The notes under the pieces: generated by a model
The model's input: only the letters and a program-made list of their open reading frames with translations
Told to the model about the DNA's origin: nothing
The model's database searches: none
Made by a program: the position numbers and the translations under genes
Shown: positions 49,623-59,515 of the stretch, piece after piece
How positions within the stretch are numbered: the stretch's first letter is position 1
Layout: every line of letters begins with the position of its first letter
From: an uncultured Actinomycetes bacterium
Lineage (GTDB): Bacteria > Actinomycetota > Thermoleophilia > Solirubrobacterales > 70-9
Direction of reading: 5' to 3'
Assembly: GCA_963823245.1 (NCBI GenBank)
Contig: CAWGKQ010000012.1
Location: forward strand, 61,233-125,232
DNA: 64,000 nucleotides

Positions 49623-51143
49623 TCAGCATGACGAGGAGTGGCGCAGGAGGCCGTCGAGGCTGAAGCGGGCCACGACGGACACCGGCCCGGGCCGCTTCGC
49701 CTCGACGCGCGTCCAGGCGCCGTCGCGAGTGACGCAGGCCGAGCCCGAGGAGACCTCCCAGTACGGCGTGTAGTGGATCCGCACCCGGTAGGACCCGGGG
49801 CGGCGGACCGCGAGCGAGAAGTCGGCCGCACCGACATGCTCGAGGCGCGCGCCGGCGGGCGCGAGCAGCGGGGTTGGGCGCAGCACCCGGTAGAGCGTCC
49901 AGTCGGCGCTTCGCCACAGCTCGCGCAGGTACGGCAGCCCGCGGCCGATCAGGGCGGCCTCGTCCTCGCCGATGTAGTCGAGCTTGGCGTCCGGGACCGC
50001 CACATAAGAGACGGCTCGATCGCCGAGCCAGCGGCGGTAGGAGCGCGGGGTCAGGCGCCCGCCGGTGAAGAGGTGGATGTCGGGGGCCTCGATCTGGCGC
50101 AGCCAGCCGCGGGCGAGCGGATACCGCGGAGCGACGTAGTTCGACTCCCAGCGGTCGTGCGTCGGTGGGATCTCGATCCGGACCGGGCCCCGCACCACGT
50201 GGCCGAGCTCAGCGAGGAGCGGGTCGTAGAAGGAGCGCTCGACCGCCGGGTCGCCGCTCTGGTCGACGAAGTCCCGAACGGGCGCCACCCACTGCCAGTA
50301 GAGGAGCGGGAGGGCAAGGAGGGCGAGGGCCAGGGGTCGCCGCCTGAAAAGCACCAGCGCGAGGAGCGGCCCGGCGAGGATCGAGCCGAGGCGGGTGACG
50401 TTCGCTCCGACCGGCGACTGCACGATCAGGAAGAGGGTGCAGAGGAGCCCGTAGGCGACGGCCCCCTGCCGCAGCCAGCTCTCCTCGCGGGGCACCAGCA
50501 CCAGCACCGCGACCACGAAGAGCGGCACGGGCAGATACGCCGTGAACGCGAACGGGAACCAGCCCGGAGTGGAGAACGCGAGCGAGACGGCCGCCGTCGC
50601 CGCGAGCGCGGCGAGCGCGGTGATGGTCGCGGGCCGGCGATAGGCCGGGCTCACCCACGCCGCCACGGCAGCGGCGAAGGCGACGAACAGGCCCGCCACC
50701 GGGCTCGTCACCGAGGCGAGCACGGCGAGCGCTGCCGCCCACCCCGTTCGGGGCTCGGACAGCGCCCAGATCGAAGCGAGCGCCACGGCGAGCCCGAGCG
50801 CGAACGTTATCCGCCCCGAGACGAGGTTCGTCGCCGTCGAGGCGCCGAACCAGGCGACGGCGAGCCCGGCGCGGTCGCCGTACCGCCGCCGGGCGATCAG
50901 GCCGAAGAGCGCCCCCGCGGCGACCGCCGCGAGCGCCCCGAGCAGGCGCGGCCCCAGGAGCGCCCCGAGCGGCGGGTAGACGAGGCTGTACCCCAGCAGG
51001 GAGTGCCCGGAGTACCAGTAGTCGTTCCAGATCAGGTACCCGTGCGATGAGAAGAGGTCGGCGCGGAATGCCTGCGCGGCGAGGTCCGCGGGCGACGGCG
51101 CGACGACGAGGTAGGCGACGGCGAGGGCCGCGGCGGCGAGCAA
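49623..51143 (-). CDS. Polytopic membrane protein with C-terminal extracytoplasmic domain (GT-C-like glycosyltransferase candidate)
   Basis: About 11 helices, then a soluble domain of about 200 aa. The TTG at 51143 is chosen because upstream codons in the listed ORF are junk and would overlap the divergent gene. The function call is weak. Confidence 0.5.
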   Translation of the reverse strand: MLAAAALAVAYLVVAPSPADLAAQAFRADLFSSHGYLIWNDYWYSGHSLLGYSLVYPPLGALLGPRLLGALAAVAAGALFGLIARRRYGDRAGLAVAWFGASTATNLVSGRITFALGLAVALASIWALSEPRTGWAAALAVLASVTSPVAGLFVAFAAAVAAWVSPAYRRPATITALAALAATAAVSLAFSTPGWFPFAFTAYLPVPLFVVAVLVLVPREESWLRQGAVAYGLLCTLFLIVQSPVGANVTRLGSILAGPLLALVLFRRRPLALALLALPLLYWQWVAPVRDFVDQSGDPAVERSFYDPLLAELGHVVRGPVRIEIPPTHDRWESNYVAPRYPLARGWLRQIEAPDIHLFTGGRLTPRSYRRWLGDRAVSYVAVPDAKLDYIGEDEAALIGRGLPYLRELWRSADWTLYRVLRPTPLLAPAGARLEHVGAADFSLAVRRPGSYRVRIHYTPYWEVSSGSACVTRDGAWTRVEAKRPGPVSVVARFSLDGLLRHSSSC

Positions 51144-51152
51144 GGCGCGGGT

Positions 51153-51158
51153 TAGCTT
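51153..51158 (+). promoter_or_regulatory. Candidate -10 element (TAGCTT) for a leaderless transcript
   Basis: A TANNNT hexamer ending 6 nt before GTG 51165, within a 21-nt divergent spacer. Confidence 0.3.
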
Positions 51159-51164
51159 ATGTAG

Positions 51165-52145
51165 GTGTTCACGCCCATCGAACCGGCGGACCTCGCCGGT
51201 TACCTCGCGCGCTTCGGGCACGCGCTGTCGGAGTTCGAGGCGGCGATCGCCAACATCGGGTGGGGCTCCCTGGCGCTCGCGCTCGGGCTTTCGCTTGCCC
51301 TTCAGCTCTCGCGGGCCCACGCCTGGGCCAACGCCCTGCGCGCCGCCTATCCGGACCAGCGGGTCCCGGAGATCCGCGTGGCGGGATCGTTCCTCGTCGG
51401 CGCCGGCCTCAACGGCATCCTGCCGGCCCGCGGCGGCGACGCCGTGAAGATTCTGCTCGCCAAGCGCTCGATCGAGGGCTCGGCGTACCCGTCGATCATC
51501 TCCTCCTTCGGAGTGCTCGCCCCGTTCGACTTCGTCCTCGGGGTTCTGGTGCTCATCTACGCGTTCACGCAGGGGCTACTTCCCCGCCCGCCGCAGATCC
51601 CCGACCTGCCCGCCTTCGACGTCGCGTGGTGGGCCGGCCACCTGCAGCTCACGGTGATCATCCTCGCCGTCATCGTGGCGATCGTGACCGTGCTCCTCGG
51701 CGTCTACGGCCGGAGGGTCGAGTCGTTCTGGGACAACCTGAAGCAGGGCCTCGCGATCTTTCGCCAGCCAGGCCGCTACGTGCGGGAGGTGGCGGCCTGG
51801 CAGGCCGTCGGGTTCTGCCTGCGCTTCGCCTCCTTCTGGTTCTTCCTCGACGCCTTCCACATCGGTGGCTCGTTCCAGAACGTCCTTCTGGTGATGAGCG
51901 TGCTCGCCATCAGCGGCGCCCTGCCGTTCACGCCCGGCGGCGTCGGCGCCCAGCAGGCCCTATTGGTCGCGACCCTCGCCGGCGCGTCGCGCGCGGCCGT
52001 CCTCTCCTACTCGGTTGGCCAGCAGATCGCGCTCACCGCCTGGTCGCTCCTGATCGCGTTCGGAACGCTGCTGCTGGTCTTCCACGTCACCGACTGGCGG
52101 CGGCTCGTCCGCGAGGGCGAGGCCGCGCGCGCCGAGGGGAGCTAA
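51165..52145 (+). CDS. UPF0104 / lysylphosphatidylglycerol-synthase transmembrane-region family protein
   Basis: 326 aa, 8 helices. Characteristic LPARGGDAVK and LPFTPGGVGAQQ motifs. Confidence 0.7.
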   Translation: MFTPIEPADLAGYLARFGHALSEFEAAIANIGWGSLALALGLSLALQLSRAHAWANALRAAYPDQRVPEIRVAGSFLVGAGLNGILPARGGDAVKILLAKRSIEGSAYPSIISSFGVLAPFDFVLGVLVLIYAFTQGLLPRPPQIPDLPAFDVAWWAGHLQLTVIILAVIVAIVTVLLGVYGRRVESFWDNLKQGLAIFRQPGRYVREVAAWQAVGFCLRFASFWFFLDAFHIGGSFQNVLLVMSVLAISGALPFTPGGVGAQQALLVATLAGASRAAVLSYSVGQQIALTAWSLLIAFGTLLLVFHVTDWRRLVREGEAARAEGS

Positions 52146-53587
52146 CCCTTCGCGAACTCCACCCGGATCTGCTTGCCCTCGAGCTTCGTGCCGTCGAGGC
52201 GCTCGAGCGCCTGCTCGGCATGCTCCGCGTCGAGGTCGACGAACGAGAAGCGCTCGAGCACGCGGATGTCGCCGATCGCGTCCTCGGGGATCACGGCGCC
52301 CTCCGTCAGGGCCCACCTGACACCGTCCTCGTCGATCCCGCTGCGCTGCCCGCGGTTGATGAAGAGCTTCACGTGGTCGTTTGCAGGCTCGAGCTTCTCG
52401 CGGTCGCGGTGGAGCTTTGGGTGCTTGGCGATCGCGTGCTCGCGCCGGCGCGGGCGCGGCGCGTGCTCGATCCGCTCGTCGGGCGGCTCCCACTCGCCGA
52501 TGCGAGTCCTCACGTCGCGCTCGATGCGGGCGATCTCTTCGACCTGAGCCGGGGTGACGAAGGTGATCGCCCGCCCGGTCCGCCCCACCCGGCCTGTCCG
52601 CCCGATCCGGTGCACGTAGGTCTCCGAGACGTCGGGCACGTCGTAGTTGATGACGTGGGTGACGTGCTCGATGTCGAGGCCGCGGGCCGCGACGTCGGTC
52701 GCGACCAGGAGGCGGAGCTTGTGGTTCTTGAACTGAAGCATCACCCCGTCGCGCTGGCCCTGTGAGAGATCGCCGTGGAGGGCCTTGGTCCGAAGCCCCC
52801 GGTTGCTGAGCGCCTCGTCGAGCTTGCGGGTGCCGATCTTCGTGCGGCAGAAGATGATTGCCTGCTCGGGCTCCTCGGCCTTCAGCACTTCGATCAGCCG
52901 GCCCACCTTCTCCTTCGCCTGCACCTCGACGTAGGCCTGCTCGATCGCGTCGACCGTGAGCTGCTTCGGGGTGACGCGGATCGTCACCGGGTCGTACATG
53001 TACTTGTCGGCCAGACGCTCGACGGGCGGCGGGATCGTCGCCGAGAACAGCGACGTCTGCCTGCCCGCCGGGCAGATCCGGAGGATCCTCTCGACGTCCT
53101 CGATGAACCCGAGGTCGAGCATCTCGTCAGCCTCGTCGAGCACGACGTAGCGCGCCGCGTCGAGCTGCAGCGACCCGCGTCCGAGCAGGTCGAGCATGCG
53201 CCCGACCGTCGCGACCACGACGTGGGCGCCGCCGCGGAGGCGGGATGTCTGGGTCGCCACGGCCTGGCCGCCGAAGACGGCAAGTACCTCGATGTCCAGG
53301 TGCTCGGCGAACGAGCGAAGCGCCTGCGTCACCTGAATGCAGAGCTCGCGAGTCGGCGTCAGGACGATCGCCTGCGTGTCGTTTGAGTCTGGATCGAGAT
53401 AGGTGAGGAGCGGAAGTCCGAACGCAGCGGTCTTCCCGGTGCCGGTCTGAGCCTGCCCGATCACGTCGTGCCCGGCGAGGAGCTCGGGGATCGCCTGCTC
53501 CTGGATCGGCGTCGGCTCGGAGAAGCCGAGCTCGCCGATGGTTTGAAGAAGGTTCTCGGGGAGTCCGAGGTCGGCGAACGTCGTCAT
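52142..53587 (-). CDS. DEAD-box ATP-dependent RNA helicase with C-terminal DbpA-type RNA-binding domain
   Basis: Q motif, AQTGTGKT, VLDEADEML, SAT, HGDLSQGQR and HRIGRTGR. The C-terminal FINRGQRSGI...RVEF domain is present. Confidence 0.9.
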   Translation of the reverse strand: MTTFADLGLPENLLQTIGELGFSEPTPIQEQAIPELLAGHDVIGQAQTGTGKTAAFGLPLLTYLDPDSNDTQAIVLTPTRELCIQVTQALRSFAEHLDIEVLAVFGGQAVATQTSRLRGGAHVVVATVGRMLDLLGRGSLQLDAARYVVLDEADEMLDLGFIEDVERILRICPAGRQTSLFSATIPPPVERLADKYMYDPVTIRVTPKQLTVDAIEQAYVEVQAKEKVGRLIEVLKAEEPEQAIIFCRTKIGTRKLDEALSNRGLRTKALHGDLSQGQRDGVMLQFKNHKLRLLVATDVAARGLDIEHVTHVINYDVPDVSETYVHRIGRTGRVGRTGRAITFVTPAQVEEIARIERDVRTRIGEWEPPDERIEHAPRPRRREHAIAKHPKLHRDREKLEPANDHVKLFINRGQRSGIDEDGVRWALTEGAVIPEDAIGDIRVLERFSFVDLDAEHAEQALERLDGTKLEGKQIRVEFAKG

Positions 53588-54534
53588 GCGGCTGGGTCGA
53601 GCAGGAGCTTGCCCTCGGTCTTCCGCGCCGCGATGTCCTCGAGCGCCTGCCGCGCGTCGGAGAGCGGGTAGACGCCGCCGACCACCACTTCCAACTCGCC
53701 GGCGGCGACCGCGCCCAAAAGCTCGCCGATCCCGGCGCGAAGCTCGTCCAGGCGGGTGAAGAGGTGCACGAGCCAGAAGCCGACCACGGCGCGGCTGGTG
53801 CGCATGAGGTCACCCGTTCGGACCTCGTTCTGCTCTCGCGAGGCGATCCCGAAGGTCACCAGGCGCCCGAATGGCGCCAGGGCCTCCAGGCAGGCGTCGA
53901 AGATCGAGCCGCCCGCCATCTCGAGCACCACGTCGACCGGCGTGCCCTCGTTCGCCTCGACGATCCGCTCGGTGAGATCGTCGGCGCGGGAGTCGACCGC
54001 GGCGTCGGCGCCCAGCCTCATCGCGAGCTCGCGCTTCGGCTCGCTCGAGGCGAGCGCGATCACCCGCCCGGCGCCGAAGCGCTTCGCGAGCTGAACGGCG
54101 AGCGAGCCGGTGCCGCCACCGGCCGCGCCGACCACGACGGTCTCGCCCTCGGCGAGCTTCGCGGAGATGCGCAGCAGGCTGCGCGCCGTGAGCCCCTGAA
54201 GCAGCAGGCCGGCCGCCTGATCGTCGGAGACCTCATCGGGGATCGGCACCAGGTTCGACTCCGGCACGGCCACGCTCTGGGCGTAGCCGCCGGTGGGGAG
54301 AAGGGCAGCGACGCGGCGGCCGTCGGGCGTGCGCCCGGCGATCTCGCCCCCGGGCGTCAGCGGAAGGCTCTGCTTCGCCAGGTAGTCGTCGCGGATCGCG
54401 TGCGTGTCGGCGAAGTTCACGCCGGAGCGCGCGACCTCGACGACGAGCTCACCGTCGCCCGCCTCGGGATCGGGCACGTCTGCGTACCTGACAACCTCCG
54501 GGCCGCCGAACTCCTCGATGAGGATCGCCTTCAC
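53584..54534 (-). CDS. NADPH:quinone oxidoreductase / zeta-crystallin-type MDR
   Basis: 316 aa MDR lacking zinc ligands. AAGGGTGSLAVQLAK Rossmann motif. ATGA overlap with the helicase gene. Confidence 0.8.
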   Translation of the reverse strand: MKAILIEEFGGPEVVRYADVPDPEAGDGELVVEVARSGVNFADTHAIRDDYLAKQSLPLTPGGEIAGRTPDGRRVAALLPTGGYAQSVAVPESNLVPIPDEVSDDQAAGLLLQGLTARSLLRISAKLAEGETVVVGAAGGGTGSLAVQLAKRFGAGRVIALASSEPKRELAMRLGADAAVDSRADDLTERIVEANEGTPVDVVLEMAGGSIFDACLEALAPFGRLVTFGIASREQNEVRTGDLMRTSRAVVGFWLVHLFTRLDELRAGIGELLGAVAAGELEVVVGGVYPLSDARQALEDIAARKTEGKLLLDPAA

Positions 54535-54541
54535 TGGCCGA

Positions 54542-56434
54542 TCAGTCTGTCAGAGCCCCGCTGCGAAGCTCCGAGAACACCGCCGTCTGCCCCCGCTCCC
54601 CCATCGCCTCGTCGGCGATCACGTGCGAGACCGCGTTGATCAGCGCGAGGTGCGTGAAGGCCTGCGGGAAGTTGCCGAGATGGGCGCCGCTATCGGCGTC
54701 GAGCTCCTCCGCGTAGAGGCCGAGGGGGCCCGCCGCGGAGAGCAGGCGCCGGCAGAGCCGCTGCGCGTGGTGGCGGGCGCCGATCTCCGAGAGGGCCGAG
54801 ACGAGCCAGAACGAGCAGATGAGGAAGGTGCCCTCGCGCGCGCCGCCGAGCCCGTCGTCGGTCTCGTCGGGCCGGTAGCGGAGGACCAGGCCGTGATCGG
54901 TGAGCTCATCGGAGACGGCCACCACGGTCGCCCGGACCCGCTCGTCGTCGGGGGGAAGGAAGCGCACCAGGGGGACGAGCAGCGTGGAGGCATCGAGCGC
55001 GTCGGTCGCGTAGTGCTGCCGGAAGACCCCGCGCTCGGACACCCCTCGCGTCAGGATCTCCTCGCGCACCGCGTTGGCCGCCTCCGCCCAGCGCTTGGCG
55101 TGCGCGTCCTCGCCGTGCGTTCGGGCGAGGCGGGCGCCGCGGTCGAATGCCACCCAGGCCATGAGCTTCGAGGAGACGTAGTGCTGCGGCTCGCCTCGGG
55201 CCTCCCAGATCCCCTGGTCGGGCTCGCGCCAGGTCTCAAGCGCCCCCTCGACCTGCTCCCGGATCAGCGCCCATGCGTCCTCCGCCAGTCCTTCGCGCGT
55301 GAGCGAATGGATGTAGGCGGCGTCCAGGAGGGCGCCGTAGACGTCGTTCTGGCGCTGGTCGAACGCGCCGTTGCCGATCCGCACCGGCTGTGCGTCGCCG
55401 TAGCCGGAGAGGTGGTCGAGCGTCGACTCCGTGAGGTCGACCTCCCCCTGGATCCCGAACATGATCTGCGATTCGGGGCCGAGGCCGGACATCACCCGGC
55501 TGACGAAGCCCATGAACTCGGTCGCCTCGTGGTCGAAGCCGATCGTGTGGAGGGCCCACAACGTGAAGGACGCGTCGCGGATCCACGTGTAGCGGTAGTC
55601 CCAGTTGCGCTCACCGCCGGGGGTCTCGGGGAGCGAGGTCGTCCCGGCGGCCACGAGCGCTCCCGTGGGCCTGTAGGTCAGCCCCTTCAGGACGAGCGCC
55701 GAGCGCTGGAGGTAGGCCGTCCACTCGTGATCGGGGAATTTCCCGCTCTCGACCCATCGCCGCCAGAAGGCCGCGGCCTCCTCGATCATCGCCGAGGCGG
55801 CGTCGCTCGAGGCCGGCGGCGTGGCGTCCTCGTGCCAGCTGTAGGCGCAGTAGCACGACTCGCCGGCGCGCAACGTGCGCTGGCCGATGGCCGAGTGGCC
55901 CTGGATGCTCAGGTCGAGGTCCGTGTCGAGCCGGTGCGTGGCGATGCTCCCGTGCGCGACCGCGGAGCCTGCCCCGGTGAGCTCCCACGACGGCCGCACC
56001 CGTCCGTAGTCGAAGTGCGGCTCGCAGACGAGCGTCACGTCCGCCCTCCCCTCGAGGCAGGTCGCCACCCGCACCAACGTGTGGCGCGAGTCGCAGTCGG
56101 ATTGATGCTCGAAGTTCTGCTCGATCGCCATGGCGGAGCGGACACGAGACCCAGCCGTGCTCGCTCATCCAGTCAGCCTCGAGCACGTTGGTTCCCGGCA
56201 GGTAGCGGCGCGAGATCGGCGCGCGCACGCGAGTGGGCCCGAAGCACAGCGCTCCGGCGCGGCGGTCGAGCATTGCCCCGAACACGCTCGGTCCGTCGAA
56301 CCGGGGTGTGCACATCCACTCGATGGCGCCGTCCGGCGCGACGAGCGCGCAGGTCTCGCAGTCGGTCAGGAAGCCGTAGTCGGCGATCGGGGGAAGCTCT
56401 CGGACGCGGCTGGGGGCGGCTCGGGGGAAGTCAT
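54542..56434 (-). pseudogene. Glycoside hydrolase family 15 (glucoamylase/trehalase-like), two frameshifts
   Basis: The start is MTSPEPPPAASE. LPPIADYGFLTDCETCALVAPDGAIEWMCTPRFDGPSVFGAMLD is in a second frame (shift at about 56390-56398). The main ORF 54542..56131 follows after a shift at about 56144. It carries ERNWDYRYTWIRDAS and the FPQAFTH tail. Confidence 0.75.
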
Positions 56435-56441
56435 GGCCGCG

Positions 56442-56447
56442 TAGGAT
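56442..56447 (+). promoter_or_regulatory. Candidate -10 element (TAGGAT)
   Basis: A TANNNT hexamer 8 nt before GTG 56456, in the 21-nt GH15/PfkB divergent spacer. Confidence 0.3.
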
Positions 56448-56455
56448 GCCGCGCC

Positions 56456-57376
56456 GTGTCTTTGACCGTCGTCGGATCCATCGCTTTCGACTCCGTGCGG
56501 ACCCCGTTCGGGGAGCGCGACCGCATGCTCGGCGGCTCCGCGGTGCACTTCGCGCTCGCGGCCAGCATGTTCACCGACGTTCACGTCGTCGGCCCTGTCG
56601 GCGACGACTTTTCCGACGAGCACGTCGAGCTGCTGCGCTCGCGCGGGGTCGACGTAACCGACGTCGAGCGGGTCGCCGGGGGCGAGACGTTCTTCTGGCG
56701 GGGCCACTACGAGCACGACCTGAACGTCGCCCACACCGACGACACCCAGCTGAACGTCTTCGGGGAGTTCGAGCCAAAGCTCTCCGACGGCTCGCGCTCG
56801 GCCGACACCCTGTTCCTGGGGAACATCCAGCCGGAGCTCCAGCGGCAGGTGCGCTCCGCGTGCGACGGGACGCGCCTCGCGGGGCTCGACTCGATGAACC
56901 TCTGGATCGAGACCGCGCGCGACTCCCTCGCCGCGGCGATCTCCGAGGTCGATTGCCTCCTCCTGAACGACGCGGAGATCCGAGAGCTCACCTCAGAGCC
57001 CAACCTCGCCAAGGCCGCCCGGGCCGTGATGGAGATGGGACCGCGCGTCGTGGTCGCCAAGCGCGGCGAGTACGGCGCCGCGCTATTCACGGCCGATGGG
57101 TTCTTCGCTCTGCCAGGCCTTCTGCTCGAGGACGTCCGCGACCCGACCGGCGCGGGCGACAGCTTCGCCGGCGGCTTCCTCGGCTACCTCGACCGCGAGG
57201 GGGCCGACGCCAGCGCGGGCCACGACACCCTGCGGCGCGCGATGGCCTACGGCACCGTCCTGGCCTCATTCAACGTCGAGGACTTCGGGACGGAGCGCGT
57301 CGCGCGCCTGGAGCGCGACGAGGTTGAGGCACGGCTCGCCGAGCTCGAGCAGCTCACCCGCATCTCCGCGGTCTGA
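56456..57376 (+). CDS. PfkB-family carbohydrate/nucleoside kinase
   Basis: VVGSIAFDSV at the N-terminus and the DPTGAGDSFAGGF anion-hole motif. The upstream part of listed ORF 54404..57376 is antisense junk over GH15. Confidence 0.8.
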   Translation: MSLTVVGSIAFDSVRTPFGERDRMLGGSAVHFALAASMFTDVHVVGPVGDDFSDEHVELLRSRGVDVTDVERVAGGETFFWRGHYEHDLNVAHTDDTQLNVFGEFEPKLSDGSRSADTLFLGNIQPELQRQVRSACDGTRLAGLDSMNLWIETARDSLAAAISEVDCLLLNDAEIRELTSEPNLAKAARAVMEMGPRVVVAKRGEYGAALFTADGFFALPGLLLEDVRDPTGAGDSFAGGFLGYLDREGADASAGHDTLRRAMAYGTVLASFNVEDFGTERVARLERDEVEARLAELEQLTRISAV

Positions 57377-57458
57377 GGCCGCGCAGCAACCACGCGACTG
57401 GTGGCCCGCCGTCGCGGATTCTCAGGAAACTCCCAGGCTTCTCAGCGATCATCGAGGC

Positions 57459-58151
57459 ATGCCCGACAGCGCGCCCAGGGTGGTCGTCGTCGACGACGAG
57501 CGGAACATCGCCGAGCTTGTGTCGATGGCGTTGCGCTACGCGGGCCTCGAGACGCGGACGGCCGGCAGCGGGCGCGAGGCGATCGCGGCGTGCGAGGAGG
57601 TCCGGCCGCAGGTCGTGATCCTCGACGTGATGCTCGGCGACGACCTCGACGGCTTCGAGGTCGCAAGGCGCCTTCGCGACCGGGGCATCGACGCCCCGAT
57701 CATCTTCCTCACCGCGCGCGACACCACCGAGGACAAGGTCCGCGGCCTCTCGCTCGGCGGCGACGACTACGTCACGAAGCCGTTCAGCGTCGAGGAGCTC
57801 GTGGCAAGGGTGCGGGCGATCCTTCGCCGCGCCGGCGCGGCTGAGACCGAGACCCGGCTCGCCTTCGAGGACCTGGAGCTCGACGAGGACACGCGCGAGG
57901 TGTTCCGCGCCGGCGAGCCGATCGATCTCACCGACACGGAGTTCCGGCTCCTTCGCTACCTGATGCTGAACCCGCGGCGGGCGCTGACCCGCGCCCAGAT
58001 CCTCGACCACGTGTGGCAGTACGACTTCGGCGGCGATGGCCGCGTGCTCGAGACCTACATCAGCTACCTGCGCAAGAAGGTCGACGCCTCGGGCCCGCCG
58101 CTGATCCACACGATCCGCGGGGTCGGCTACTCGCTGCGGGTGCTGCGCTGA
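57459..58151 (+). CDS. OmpR-family two-component response regulator
   Basis: The receiver is VVVVDDE...VILDVMLGDDLDG...KP. The winged helix is LTDTEFRLLRYLMLNPRRALTRAQILDHVW...IHTIRGVGY. Confidence 0.9.
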   Translation: MPDSAPRVVVVDDERNIAELVSMALRYAGLETRTAGSGREAIAACEEVRPQVVILDVMLGDDLDGFEVARRLRDRGIDAPIIFLTARDTTEDKVRGLSLGGDDYVTKPFSVEELVARVRAILRRAGAAETETRLAFEDLELDEDTREVFRAGEPIDLTDTEFRLLRYLMLNPRRALTRAQILDHVWQYDFGGDGRVLETYISYLRKKVDASGPPLIHTIRGVGYSLRVLR

Positions 58152-59515
58152 TGCCTCGCCGCGCCCGGCTCATGCTCGGCCTCGTCGCCACGGCGGCGAT
58201 CGGCCTCATCATCGTCGACGGCGTCTTCTACCTCGAGCTTCGGAGCTACCTCTACCAGCAGGTCGACCAGCAGGTGACCTCGGCTATCGAGCCGGTCGGC
58301 CGCGCCCTGGCCTTCAGCCCCGACAGCTCGAGGCCCGTTCCGGCACCGCTCGCCCCGGCACGTCCTCCTCCCGGCGTCCCGCGCATCCCGTTCCGCGGCG
58401 GGGCGCCCCCCGGAGGGCCGCCCGGCCAGCTCGAAACGCCCCCCGGCACCTACGGGGTGGTCCTCTCCGGCGGCAAGGTGGTGAAGCGCGCTCCCTTCTC
58501 CTACGGGGAGCGAGGCCTGCCGCGACCCGTGCTCCCGGCGCAGCCGCCGATCTCGACGAGTCCCGACTCGCTGGACGTGTTCACGACTGCCGCCACGACG
58601 GGCTCGTCCGGGTTCCGCGCGGCGGCGGTTCGGCTTCCGGGAAGCTCCCGAACGCTCGTGGTCGCGGTTCCGCTCGGCGACACCGACCAGACACTGGCCC
58701 ATGTGCGCTTGATCGGCCTCATCGTCTCGGGCGTCGTCCTCGCCGCCCTCGCCGCGCTCGGATGGTGGGTGATCAGGGTCGGCCGGATCCACGGAGCGCT
58801 CGCCGAGCGCGAGGCGAGCGAGAAGCGGATGCGGAGGTTCCTCGCCGACGCCTCACACGAGCTCCGAACGCCGCTGGCGTCGATCCGCGGCTACTCGGAG
58901 CTCTTCCGGCTCGGCGCCGACGCCGACCCCGACGACCTGCGGACGGCGATGCGGCGAATCGAGGACGAGTCGGCGCGCATGGGCGTGCTCGTGGACGACC
59001 TCCTGACGCTGGCGCGCCTCGATGAGGTCCGCGAGCCTCGGCGTGAGCCGGTCGACCTCGCCGAGATTGCCGCCGACGCGGCCGAGGACGCACGCGCGAG
59101 CGCGCCGAGCCGCTCGGTCAAGCTCGACGTCGCCGGCGATGGCGGCACCGAGGTGCGGGGCGACCCCGGTCAGCTCCGCCAGGTCGCGGCCAACCTGCTC
59201 GCGAACGCCATTGCGCACACGCCCGACGGCACCCCGGTAGAGGTCACGGTGACCGGTGCCCCCGACGAGGTCGAGATCAGGGTGCGGGACCATGGCCCGG
59301 GCCTGCCCGACGGCGCCGCCGCGCAGGTCTTCGATCGCTTCTGGAGCAAGCGCGGCGGCGGGGCCGAGAACGGGGGCGGATCCGGCCTGGGCCTGTCCAT
59401 CGTGGCGACCGTCGCCAAAGCGCACGGCGGCCGCGCCGGGGCGGCGAACGCGCCGGACGGCGGCGCGGTCTTCACGGTCACGCTGCCCCGCCGCGCGTCG
59501 GTCCCTACAGCCTGA
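58151..59515 (+). CDS. Sensor histidine kinase
   Basis: TGATG overlap with the regulator gene. Two TM segments. H-box HELRTPLASIRGYSEL, N box LLANAIAHTP, and G boxes DHGPGL and GSGLGLSIV. Confidence 0.85.
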   Translation: MPRRARLMLGLVATAAIGLIIVDGVFYLELRSYLYQQVDQQVTSAIEPVGRALAFSPDSSRPVPAPLAPARPPPGVPRIPFRGGAPPGGPPGQLETPPGTYGVVLSGGKVVKRAPFSYGERGLPRPVLPAQPPISTSPDSLDVFTTAATTGSSGFRAAAVRLPGSSRTLVVAVPLGDTDQTLAHVRLIGLIVSGVVLAALAALGWWVIRVGRIHGALAEREASEKRMRRFLADASHELRTPLASIRGYSELFRLGADADPDDLRTAMRRIEDESARMGVLVDDLLTLARLDEVREPRREPVDLAEIAADAAEDARASAPSRSVKLDVAGDGGTEVRGDPGQLRQVAANLLANAIAHTPDGTPVEVTVTGAPDEVEIRVRDHGPGLPDGAAAQVFDRFWSKRGGGAENGGGSGLGLSIVATVAKAHGGRAGAANAPDGGAVFTVTLPRRASVPTA

